This document shows positions 35,286 to 43,863 of a stretch of 64,000 bases of DNA, one piece after another (position 1 is the stretch's first letter; each line of letters begins with the position of its first letter). The notes beneath the pieces are model-generated. The model worked only from the letters and a program-made list of their open reading frames with translations. It was not told where the DNA came from and searched no databases. The translations under genes and the position numbers were made by a program. Origin of the DNA: Planctomycetota bacterium (GTDB taxonomy: Bacteria; Planctomycetota; UBA1135; UBA2386); contig OZ245006.1 of the NCBI GenBank assembly GCA_965223545.1, positions 160,001 through 224,000 on the forward strand. The letters are read 5' to 3'.

Positions 35286-36712
35286 CGCGCCCCCTTGCCG
35301 AACAGCACGACGCCGACGGTGCGCAAGATGATGTTGAAATCGAACACGGTGCTCATGTTCTTGATGTAGTAGAGGTCGTAGCGCAGCTTCTCCAGCGCAT
35401 CCTCGACCGAAGCGCCGTAGGGGTAGCGGACCTGCGCCCAGCCGGTGAGCCCCGGCTTGACGGTGTGCCGCAGGGTGTAGAAGGGGTTGGCCTGCGCCAG
35501 CTCCTCGACGAAGTACGGCCGCTCCGGCCGCGGGCCGACGAACGACATGTGGCCGGCGAGGACGTTGAACATCTGCGGCAGCTCGTCGATGCGCAGCAGC
35601 CGCAGCCACTTGCCGACCCGGGTCACGCGCGCGTCGTTGGTCTTCGCCCACACCGGGCCGGTCTCCTTCTCGGCGTCCTGCCGCATGGTGCGGAACTTTA
35701 CGATCTGGAACACGCGGCCGTCCTGGCCGATGCGGTCCTGCCGGAAGAACACCGGAAAGCCGCTCTCGAGCAGGAGCAGCGGCACCACCAAGGCGCACAG
35801 CGGCAGCGCCAGGGTCAGGCCGGCCAACGCCGCCAGGATGTCCGTCGTGCGCTTGATCGCCACCGCGAGCGGCGGCTTGGTGAAACCCCGGCCGAAGATC
35901 AGGTAGCTGGGGCGCAGGCTCTCGACCGCGATCTTGCCGGTCACCCGCTCGTACATGCTCTCCTGCTCCTCGACCAGCACGCCGTCCATCCGGCACTGCA
36001 GCAGCTCGGGCACCGGCAGCGTGTTGCGGCGCTCCTCGTAGGCGGCGACGATGCGCGCGACGCGCTCGCGGCGGGCGACGGTGGGCAGCTCGCGCTCGCT
36101 GCCGACCACCCGCAGGTGGCCGGGCCGGCGCTCGCCGCCGGGATCGTCACCGATCAGGCCCACGGCCTCGAAGCCGGCCATCGGGTTGTCGTGGATCAAG
36201 GTGGCGATCTGCTCGGCGTGCTCGCCGGTGCCCAAGATCAGCACGTGTTCGCCGAAGTTCCACTTGTAGAAGAACCAGTGGAAGCCGGCGCGCCAGGCGT
36301 AGATCGCACCGAACGCGAGCGACAGCAGCAGGATCAGCTTCCAGGTGTCGCGGCCGACGTCGCGCAGGCCCGGAAAGACGAACAGCTGCGGCGCGATGAA
36401 CACCAACGCCGCCAGCATCACCAACGCGTAGCCGAGCGAGTGGATCAGCCGATTCGGCAGCTCCGCGCGGTTTTGCGACACCTTCCAGTCGTACAGGTCG
36501 TTGTACGACAGCGAGGCCTGGCTCAGCACCGCGATCGTCGCACACGACAACAGTCCGCGCAGGGTGACGCTGTTGAGCGCGAGCTCGAAATCGTGCGTGC
36601 GCAGCGGCGGCAGCGAGGTCCCCAGCAGCAGCAACACCGAGAAGATCACCGTCTCGGAGGCGATCAGCAGGAGCTTGCGGCGCGGGATGATCTGCTCGAG
36701 CAGCGTCGGCAT
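35282..36712 (-). CDS. Polyprenyl-phosphate sugar transferase (TIGR03013/WcaJ-like priming glycosyltransferase)
   Basis: N-terminal TMs, a CoA-binding-like segment, KFRTM, RIDELPQ, MSFVGPRPERP, KPGLTGWAQV and YDLYYIKN. Confidence 0.93.
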   Translation of the reverse strand: MPTLLEQIIPRRKLLLIASETVIFSVLLLLGTSLPPLRTHDFELALNSVTLRGLLSCATIAVLSQASLSYNDLYDWKVSQNRAELPNRLIHSLGYALVMLAALVFIAPQLFVFPGLRDVGRDTWKLILLLSLAFGAIYAWRAGFHWFFYKWNFGEHVLILGTGEHAEQIATLIHDNPMAGFEAVGLIGDDPGGERRPGHLRVVGSERELPTVARRERVARIVAAYEERRNTLPVPELLQCRMDGVLVEEQESMYERVTGKIAVESLRPSYLIFGRGFTKPPLAVAIKRTTDILAALAGLTLALPLCALVVPLLLLESGFPVFFRQDRIGQDGRVFQIVKFRTMRQDAEKETGPVWAKTNDARVTRVGKWLRLLRIDELPQMFNVLAGHMSFVGPRPERPYFVEELAQANPFYTLRHTVKPGLTGWAQVRYPYGASVEDALEKLRYDLYYIKNMSTVFDFNIILRTVGVVLFGKGAR

Positions 36713-36867
36713 TCGACGGTGGGTGGGGGGGACTGCGACCGGGGGCGCTCGGCGCCCGTCTCGCTCATCGGCCGCCCGGGGTGCGGCGGCGCAGGAAACG
36801 TCGCCCTTTCATAGCTGTCGGGCGCGGCGTTGGTAGACGCTTCTGCTTCTCGGAATCGTCGCGCACC

Positions 36868-37278
36868 TCAGCGCGGCAGCAGCAGCGGTTCGCCGACGAA
36901 GTGGCGCACCTCGACGACGGCGAGCGCGCGGTCGATCCGCACGGCGACGACGTCGACGCGCAGCTGACGGGGGACGGGCCGCAGCTGCGGAGCCAGCGCC
37001 AGGAGCGCCGCCGCCAGGCGCTGCCGGTCGTCCTCGGTGACGGCCGCCTCGGGTGCCGCGCAACGGGTGCGTGTCTTGACCTCGACGGCCACGAAGGTGC
37101 GCCAACGCCGCACCAGCAGGTCGATCTCGTGCTGCCGCGTGCGCAGATTGGCCGCCTCGATGCGGTAGCCGCGGCGGCGCAGGTAGCGCGCCGCCGCGGC
37201 CTCGCCGGCCGCGCCGCGCTGCCGGGTCCCCGGTGGCCGGGCAGCCCCGCCGCCGTCAGGCGGACGCCGCGGCGTCAT
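36868..37278 (-). CDS. YraN family (UPF0102) PD-(D/E)xK nuclease
   Basis: G..GE..A..YL...GY.I...N, EIDL, VEVKTR, RVDVVAV. Confidence 0.88.
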   Translation of the reverse strand: MTPRRPPDGGGAARPPGTRQRGAAGEAAAARYLRRRGYRIEAANLRTRQHEIDLLVRRWRTFVAVEVKTRTRCAAPEAAVTEDDRQRLAAALLALAPQLRPVPRQLRVDVVAVRIDRALAVVEVRHFVGEPLLLPR

Positions 37279-37693
37279 CGCGGCTGGTCACGCGCGCCAC
37301 GTTGGCGCGGTCGAACACCATCCTCACCTTGTCGACCGTGAGGGTCACGGTGTCGCTGTCCAGCTTGGCGATCGTGCCGTGCAGCCCGCCGCTGGTGACG
37401 ACGTGGTCGCCGGCCTTCAGCGCGCTGATCATCTCGCGCCGCTGTTTCTCCTGCTTCTGCTGTGGCCGCAGCAACAAGAAGTAGAACACCAGCGCCAGCG
37501 CGCCGAACATCAGCAGCTGCTGCATGCACTGCTCGTTGACTCCCGCCGGCGGCCCCTGCGTGCCGGTCGGGTCGGTCGGGGTGCCGACCCCGGGCGTCGG
37601 CGGCGGCGCCTCGGCGGGCGAGTGCACCAGCGGCGCCTCGGCATTCGGGTCTTGGAAGACGGCGAGCACGGAGCGATTGAGGAGGAGGTTCAT
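37256..37693 (-). CDS. yajC: Preprotein translocase subunit YajC
   Basis: FYFLLLRPQQKQEK...L..GD.VVTSGGLHG. Confidence 0.92.
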   Translation of the reverse strand: MNLLLNRSVLAVFQDPNAEAPLVHSPAEAPPPTPGVGTPTDPTGTQGPPAGVNEQCMQQLLMFGALALVFYFLLLRPQQKQEKQRREMISALKAGDHVVTSGGLHGTIAKLDSDTVTLTVDKVRMVFDRANVARVTSRDDAAASA

Positions 37694-37773
37694 GGGCCAG
37701 CTCGAAGGCGGTGGAATATAGAATCCGCGGCCCGCGATCCCAGCCGCGCTCCAGCTTTGCCGCTCTTGCCCCG

Positions 37774-38889
37774 ATGAACCGTTCCTCCTCCTCACCGGCC
37801 CCCGGCGCGCGCAGGCCCCGGCCGCGGGTGCTGCTGGCGATGTCGGGCGGCGTCGACAGCAGCGTGGCGGCGCTGCTGCTGCGCGAGCAGGGCTGCGAGG
37901 TGGTCGGTGTGTTCATGCGCAACGGCGTCGAGAGCCCGGCTGCGGCGGTCAAGTCCTGCTGCTCGGCCTCGGACGCGCGCGACGCCGCCGCGGTCGCCGA
38001 CGCGCTGGACATCCCGTTCTACTCGGTCGACTACGCGGCGGAGTTCGGCGCGCTGATCGACCACTTCGCGGCGGAGTACCGGCGCGGCCGCACGCCGAAC
38101 CCCTGTGTGCTGTGCAACCAGCAGCTCAAGTTCGGGCACCTTTTTTCGCTCGCCGACGACGTCGGCGCCGAGGCGGTGGCGACCGGCCACTACGCCAGGA
38201 TCGACGCCGGCCGGTTGTGCCGGGCGGTCGACCGGGCGAAGGATCAGACCTACTACCTGTTCGGCATCGACCGCGAGGCGCTGCCGCGGGTGCGTTTCCC
38301 GCTCGGCGCGCTGACCAAGGCCGAGGTCCGCGCCCGCGCCCGCGCCGCGGGGCTGCGCACCGCGGCCAAGCACGAGTCGATGGAGATCTGCTTCGTCACC
38401 AGTGGCAGCTACCGCGACGTCGTCCGCCGGCACGGCGGCGGTGGCCGCGCCGGCCGCTTCGTCGACCGCGCCGGGCGCGAGCTCGGCCGCCACGACGGCA
38501 TCGACGCCTTTACGGTGGGCCAGCGCCGCGGCCTGCCGGCGCTGGGCACGCCGCACTTCGTCGCCGAGATCCGCGCGGCGAGCGGCGACGTGGTGCTCAC
38601 CGAGCGCGCTGGTCTCGGCACCAGCCAAGCCCTACTGAGCGGCGTCCACTGGCTGATCGATCCACCGGACGGCGGGCCGGTGCGCGCCGCGGTGCAGGTG
38701 CGCGCCCGCAGCCAGCCGGTCGCCGCCCGCATCGTCGCAGGCGGCGGCGAAGGAGCCGCAGATGCAGCCGTGGTCACCTTCGACACCCGGGTCGACGCGG
38801 TCGCCCCCGGCCAAGCAGCCGTGTTCTACGACGGCGACACGGTGCTCGGCGGTGGCTGGATCGACAGTGGCTGGACCGACGGTGGCTGA
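37774..38889 (+). CDS. mnmA: tRNA 2-thiouridine(34) synthase
   Basis: AMSGGVDSS, TPNPCVLCN, ATGHYA, KDQTYYL, ESMEICF, FTVGQRRG, PGQAAVFY. Confidence 0.97.
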   Translation: MNRSSSSPAPGARRPRPRVLLAMSGGVDSSVAALLLREQGCEVVGVFMRNGVESPAAAVKSCCSASDARDAAAVADALDIPFYSVDYAAEFGALIDHFAAEYRRGRTPNPCVLCNQQLKFGHLFSLADDVGAEAVATGHYARIDAGRLCRAVDRAKDQTYYLFGIDREALPRVRFPLGALTKAEVRARARAAGLRTAAKHESMEICFVTSGSYRDVVRRHGGGGRAGRFVDRAGRELGRHDGIDAFTVGQRRGLPALGTPHFVAEIRAASGDVVLTERAGLGTSQALLSGVHWLIDPPDGGPVRAAVQVRARSQPVAARIVAGGGEGAADAAVVTFDTRVDAVAPGQAAVFYDGDTVLGGGWIDSGWTDGG

Positions 38890-38909
38890 ACCGGCGGTGC
38901 GACCCCCGA

Positions 38910-39185
38910 TTAGAGGTTGCCCTTCAGCCCCGCGCCGGCCTTGAAGCCGACCGTCGTGCTCGGCCCGACCTCCATCATCTCACCGGTGCGCGGGTTGCGG
39001 TAGGTGCGCGGCGGCCGCTGCTTGACCTGGAAGGTCCCGAAGCCGACCAGCTGCACCGTGTTGTCCTTGCGCAGCCCGGCGCCGATCGAAAGCAGCACCG
39101 AGTTGACCGCGCGCTCGGCGTGCGCCTTGGAGCACTGGGTACCCAGCGAGCGCCGTACCTCTTCCACCAAATCGGCCTTGTTCAT
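38910..39185 (-). CDS. HU/IHF family DNA-binding protein
   Basis: MNKADLV...VQLVGFGTF...R..RNPRTGE...F.AG..LK (91 aa). Confidence 0.93.
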   Translation of the reverse strand: MNKADLVEEVRRSLGTQCSKAHAERAVNSVLLSIGAGLRKDNTVQLVGFGTFQVKQRPPRTYRNPRTGEMMEVGPSTTVGFKAGAGLKGNL

Positions 39186-39486
39186 CGTCGAAATCCCTCG
39201 GATCGGAGCTACGTGTCCCATTCGCCGACACACCGCCCAGAACCGCGGCGCTGCGCCGGCGCCCAACCGCCCGGTCAGGCCGAAAGGGATGATAGCAGAT
39301 CGGGGGCAGCCAGCAGCCAGCGATGCGCCGCGGTTCGCGCGCCGGGGGAAAAAGGTTGGCGGGAGCGAAGATTTGCAGCCGCGACGCCTCAAGCCGGTCT
39401 CCGGCGAATTCCGATAGCAGCGGTCGAATCGCCAGGGGCAACGAGACGGCGTCTGGCAAAGGATCAACGCAGGAGTGATTGCTCTG

Positions 39487-40728
39487 ATGAGGTGCCTGGC
39501 CTGTTCGCTGCTCACACTCGCCCTCGTCGGCTGCGCCACGCAGGCACCGACGACGGCGCGCTTCGCCGAGCCCAACGCGCTGATGGGCGAGGAGATCCGC
39601 TCGCGCATCGCGGAGATCCCCTTCCAGCATCGCGAGGAGCTCTACCTGAATCTCGTGTGGTTGTCGCAGCGCGGCGAGCATGCGATTCCCAGCCTGATCG
39701 AGGCGCTGCACCACGCCGAGCCGAAGGTGCGCTCCAACGCCAGCTGGGTGTTGGGCCAGATCGGTGACCGCCGGGTGATCCCGGACCTGCAGCCGCTGGC
39801 CGAAGACCGCGACCGGACGGTGCGGCTCGAGGTCGCGCGCACCCTGCTGGTGCTGGGCGACATGCGCTACGCCCCCGAGCTGATCGGCGCGCTCGACTCG
39901 GACAAGCCGCAGGTGCGCTACCTCTGCCACGAGGCTCTCAAGCAGGCCACGGGGCAGGACTTCGGCTACGACCACCTGAGCGACGACGGCCGCAACCGCC
40001 AGCTGGCGGTGTTGGCGTGGCGCGAGTGGTGGGGCGGGATGTCCGGCGATGAAGGCTTTGCCACGCAATACGCCGCGGCCCACAACCTCGACGCCGAGCC
40101 CGCCGACCCGTGGGCCGGCCAGATCGACCCGGCGGATCCGCTGGCGACCCCGGCGACGCCGAACCCGGCGCCGATGACCGAGATCGCGCCGCAGCCGCAG
40201 GCCGACATCCAGCCGCAGAGCGAGGCGCAGCCGCAGGTGCAGACCCAGCCAGTCGAAACGGCGCCGCAACCGCAGGCCACCGCGCCCGAGACCGCGCAGC
40301 CGCAGCGGCCAGTGCGCCCCGACCCACTGGCGACCCCGCCGCAGCCGGAGGCCACCCAGCCCGCGCAGACCCAGGCGACGACCGACCCCGCGCCGCCGCA
40401 GGCCGCGTTGACCGCGCCGCAGCAGCAGATGGAGGCGCCGCAGACCCAGCCCGCCCCCGAGGTCCAGCCGGTGCAGCCGGAGACGACGACGCCGGAAGCG
40501 GTCCAGCCGGAGGCGGTCCAGCCGCAGGCGACGCAGCCTCAGACCCAGCAGCCGCAGCCGCAGCCGACCCAGACCCAGCCGGCACAGCCGCAGGCCACCC
40601 AGCCACCGGCGGCCCAGCCGCAGGCAGAGCCGGAGTCGCACGCCGTGTTCGAGTTCGAGTGGAGCGAGCCGGCCAAACCGAGCAGCACGCCAGCGCCGAA
40701 CAGCCCCGGCCAAAACAAGGGCAGCTGA
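39487..40728 (+). CDS. HEAT-repeat lipoprotein with long Gln/Pro/Thr-rich tail
   Basis: Lipobox LVGC, HEAT repeats (VRSNASWVLGQIG, VRLEVARTL, VRYLCHEAL) and TGQDFGYD, followed by about 200 aa of low-complexity Q/P/T/A. Confidence 0.85.
   Translation: MRCLACSLLTLALVGCATQAPTTARFAEPNALMGEEIRSRIAEIPFQHREELYLNLVWLSQRGEHAIPSLIEALHHAEPKVRSNASWVLGQIGDRRVIPDLQPLAEDRDRTVRLEVARTLLVLGDMRYAPELIGALDSDKPQVRYLCHEALKQATGQDFGYDHLSDDGRNRQLAVLAWREWWGGMSGDEGFATQYAAAHNLDAEPADPWAGQIDPADPLATPATPNPAPMTEIAPQPQADIQPQSEAQPQVQTQPVETAPQPQATAPETAQPQRPVRPDPLATPPQPEATQPAQTQATTDPAPPQAALTAPQQQMEAPQTQPAPEVQPVQPETTTPEAVQPEAVQPQATQPQTQQPQPQPTQTQPAQPQATQPPAAQPQAEPESHAVFEFEWSEPAKPSSTPAPNSPGQNKGS
40190..40630 (+). repeat. Degenerate coding repeats (xxQPQ/AVQPE units, ~15 bp)
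   Basis: GCGGTCCAGCCG(G/C)AG occurs in tandem at about 40498-40527, with many CAGCCG units, and the peptide DPLATP appears twice. Confidence 0.6.
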
Positions 40729-40908
40729 GCGCGCATCTGCGCGCAACCGCGCGCCGCCACGGCCCCTAGCGGCCGCCGGCGCAGCGCGCTCTTCGCCGCG
40801 ATTCACCGCGGCGCCAACGGCAGAAGCGCCGCCCGATCGGGTTACTTGTGCGCGCGCTGCGGTAGGATTCTCTGGAATCCCGCCCCCAACCCTCCTACCT
40901 GAGGCACC

Positions 40909-41541
40909 ATGCGAAGCAAGCGCGCCGGCTTCACGCTGATCGAGCTCCTGGTCGTCATCACCATCCTCGGCATCCTCGCCGCCACCCTGCTGCCCGACGT
41001 GTTGTCCGCCGGCAACACCGCCAACGTCGCCGCCGACGGCTTCAACCTGCGGCAGCACCACAAGTGGCAGTTCGACTACTACAAGAACAAGAAGATGAGC
41101 AACCCGCCGCGCGGCGGGCACGCCTTCGTCCTGGCCCCCTGGGTCAAGGGCATCATCACCAAGTCCGAGGAGAACCGGGACCGCTTCTTCACTCCGGGCC
41201 AGGAGCAGGATCCGAACTGGCAGGACCTCAAGGCAGAGGACGTCAATCAGATCTGGCGCTCGTTCGACGAGATCGACTCGACCGACACGCACTACGCCGG
41301 CCGCGCGCGCAAGCACTTCCGCGGGATGTGGGACGGCGAGGAGGCGCTGATGGCGAACGACAACGAGGAGGTCCCCGCCTTTGCCGACGGCACCATCAAC
41401 GTGCTGATGGCGAGCGGCGCGGTGCGTCCGCTGCTGCGCGGCGAAGACTTGGCCGAGTGGTGGGACGAGGACGACCCGGGCTACATCTTCCCGGTCGGTC
41501 AGGAGTCACCGATCGAGATGCTGCAGAAGCTCGAGCACTGA
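40909..41541 (+). CDS. Prepilin-type N-terminal cleavage/methylation domain protein (type II/IV pseudopilin)
   Basis: MRSKRAG|FTLIELLVVITILGIL and a degenerate H-X9-DG-like C-terminal motif (FADGTINVLMASGAV). Confidence 0.9.
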   Translation: MRSKRAGFTLIELLVVITILGILAATLLPDVLSAGNTANVAADGFNLRQHHKWQFDYYKNKKMSNPPRGGHAFVLAPWVKGIITKSEENRDRFFTPGQEQDPNWQDLKAEDVNQIWRSFDEIDSTDTHYAGRARKHFRGMWDGEEALMANDNEEVPAFADGTINVLMASGAVRPLLRGEDLAEWWDEDDPGYIFPVGQESPIEMLQKLEH

Positions 41542-41559
41542 GCGGCGGCGGACCCGCTC

Positions 41560-43863
41560 TCACCACGACGTGCGCCGCGGCTGCCCCAGCCGCTGGCGCC
41601 AGTAGACGAACGTCATCGCCGCGTCGTAGTCGTCGCTGCCGATGGCGTCGGCGTAGTCGACGTAGCGGAAGGCCACGCCGGCCTCGCCGCCGCGCCACAC
41701 CTCGACCGAGAGTTCGGTCTGCCAGTCCCACAGGCGGACGTCGAAGCTGCCGTCGGTATCGCTGTAGCCGCTCTGCAGCAGCCAACGCACCTTGCGGCTC
41801 GGGCGGGTGGTCACCGCGGCGAAGGCGTGGTGCGTCTCGCCGTCGAAGGTCACCAGGGTCGGCACCGGGTTGGGGTCGGGGTCGAAGTAGAAGTTGGTGA
41901 GCGTGCGACTCTCGACGTCGCTGAACACGTAGCTCAGGCTGAGGTCGAAGTCGTCGTCCCGCGACCAAGACGTGCTGAGCCCGGCGCTGCGCACCTCGGC
42001 CAGCGTCTGCGAGACGTCGTTCTCCCGCTGGCGCTCGCGGGCGAAGCTCGAGACCGACCACTGCTCGCGGCGGTAGCGCACGCCGAACTCGGTGGCGCGC
42101 GCCCGGTCCTCGGTGATCTCGTGCAGCTGCACCGCGTTCTGGCCGAACTGACGGTGCTCGGCCGAAAAGGTCCAGTGCGCATCCGGCCGCCAGTCGACCG
42201 AGGCGAGCCCGCCGTGGTTGCGCAGCGTGCCGCGGCGGAAGTCGCCGTCACCGGCCTCCAGATCCGGCACCGCCAGCTGCTCGCGCGCGCCGCCATAGCC
42301 GGCGGCGAGCCGCAGCCCACTGAGCGGTTCGACTTCCAGCTGCAGCGAGCCCTCGAGCTGGCGCTGCGCGGTGTGCTGGTCGAGCGTGGTCTGCACGGTG
42401 CTGCTGCCGCCGAGGCCGGTGTAGGTCACGGTCTCGGTCTGGTCGATGCGCATCTCCTCGCGGTGGTCGACCCAACGGGCGTCGAGCAACAGCGCGGTGC
42501 GGTCGCCGAGCTCCAGCGTCGCGGTGGCATCCAGGAGCCACGTGCGGCCGTCACCCTCGGCGAACGAGGTGATGCCGCTCTGGAACGCGCCGATGTCGAA
42601 GCCGGTGCCGGTGCCATCGCCGATCACCCGGCGCTCGAGATCGAGCACCCGGCCGCTGACCTCGAGGGTCAGCGGCGCGAGCGCGGCGGTCCACACCGCG
42701 CGGGCGCCCGGCCCGCGCAGCGCACTGCGGGCGGTGAAGTCCTCGCTCTCGATGAACGCGCTGTTGACCGGTGACGGCCGCGCGTAGACCCAGCGGTCGT
42801 GCTGCTGCTCCTCGCGGTACTCGACCGCGAGGAGCAGCGAAGTCGGTCCCAGCGGCGTGCGCACACCGACCTCGCTGCGATCGGTGTCGAGCTGGCGTGG
42901 ACTGGCGACGCCGGCCACCGCGGTCTGCGGCGTGAGATTGAGGTTGCCGATGCGGTTGGTCAGCCAAAACCCGTCGTCGTTGCTGCGCCGGAAGGAGGCA
43001 AACACCTCGACGTCGGCGAGCGGCTCGACACTGAGGCTGTAGTCGTGGCTCTGCTTCTTCTGCTGGACGCGGTGGTAGTCGCCCTCGGCGCGGTAGTGGA
43101 TGGCCGCCTTGTCGAAGCCCGCCGCGGCGCGGTAGGCCTGCTGCTTGGACATCTCGCCGCGCACGCTCTGGTAGGGGTCGCCGATGTCGCGCGCGCGCAG
43201 AGACAGCGCATCCAGCCAGGTGGGCTCGCCGGTGGCGAACAGCTCGAGCTCCGCCTCGCGCAGCAGGAACCCCCGGTCCAGATTGAGGTCGGTCTTGTAG
43301 CGGTCGCGCGAGCCATCGCGGTCGAGGAAGCGGTAGCCCGCCGCCAGCATCGCCGACCACTGCAGCGCTCCGTGCTCCGCCTCGACGTCGGGGACGGCCA
43401 CCGCCGGTTCACCGGTAACGGGCTGTCCGAGCCGCGCTCCCGCGGCCGCGCCGAGGCCGGCCCGGGGACGCAGGGGGTGCGCGCCCAGCGCCACGTCGAG
43501 CGGCGTGTCGTGACAGGCGGCACACGCCTGCGCGCGCACCGCCGGCACCTCGGGCCCGCGCTCGCCGGCGGCGCGCGCCGCGGTGTGGGCGGAGAGATCG
43601 CCGTGGCAGGCGGTGCAGGCGGTCTCGGCCGCCGTTTCGAGCAGGCCGGCGTGCGCCGAACGGCGCAGTGCCACCGTCGCGCCCGGATGGCACACGCGGC
43701 AGCTGGCGTCGTCCCGCCAGCCGCTGCCGTGCCATGCCGTCCCCGCCGTCGCGTGCCCGGACTCGGGCGCGCGGCCGCCGAGCACCCCCGCCAACGCCGA
43801 CCAGCCCAATAGCGCCAGTGCCCCAGAAAGCGCCCCCGCCCGACCCCAACGGCCACTGCTCAT
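41560..43863 (-). CDS. MtrB/PioB-like outer-membrane beta-barrel fused to an N-terminal triheme c-type domain
   Basis: Signal peptide, CRVCH, CTACH and CAACH, an Ala/Pro linker, then about 600 aa of alternating amphipathic strands. Its start overlaps the cytochrome stop (ATGA). Confidence 0.8.
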   Translation of the reverse strand: MSSGRWGRAGALSGALALLGWSALAGVLGGRAPESGHATAGTAWHGSGWRDDASCRVCHPGATVALRRSAHAGLLETAAETACTACHGDLSAHTAARAAGERGPEVPAVRAQACAACHDTPLDVALGAHPLRPRAGLGAAAGARLGQPVTGEPAVAVPDVEAEHGALQWSAMLAAGYRFLDRDGSRDRYKTDLNLDRGFLLREAELELFATGEPTWLDALSLRARDIGDPYQSVRGEMSKQQAYRAAAGFDKAAIHYRAEGDYHRVQQKKQSHDYSLSVEPLADVEVFASFRRSNDDGFWLTNRIGNLNLTPQTAVAGVASPRQLDTDRSEVGVRTPLGPTSLLLAVEYREEQQHDRWVYARPSPVNSAFIESEDFTARSALRGPGARAVWTAALAPLTLEVSGRVLDLERRVIGDGTGTGFDIGAFQSGITSFAEGDGRTWLLDATATLELGDRTALLLDARWVDHREEMRIDQTETVTYTGLGGSSTVQTTLDQHTAQRQLEGSLQLEVEPLSGLRLAAGYGGAREQLAVPDLEAGDGDFRRGTLRNHGGLASVDWRPDAHWTFSAEHRQFGQNAVQLHEITEDRARATEFGVRYRREQWSVSSFARERQRENDVSQTLAEVRSAGLSTSWSRDDDFDLSLSYVFSDVESRTLTNFYFDPDPNPVPTLVTFDGETHHAFAAVTTRPSRKVRWLLQSGYSDTDGSFDVRLWDWQTELSVEVWRGGEAGVAFRYVDYADAIGSDDYDAAMTFVYWRQRLGQPRRTSW

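Noticed and set aside
35286..35996. Apparent 237-aa N-terminal extension of SerA
   Set aside because: It overlaps the sugar transferase in another frame. The real start is the GTG at 35285.
40190..40630. Repeat array as CRISPR or non-coding array
   Set aside because: The repeats are in-frame codon repeats of a Q/P-rich protein, with no repeat-spacer periodicity and no cas genes.
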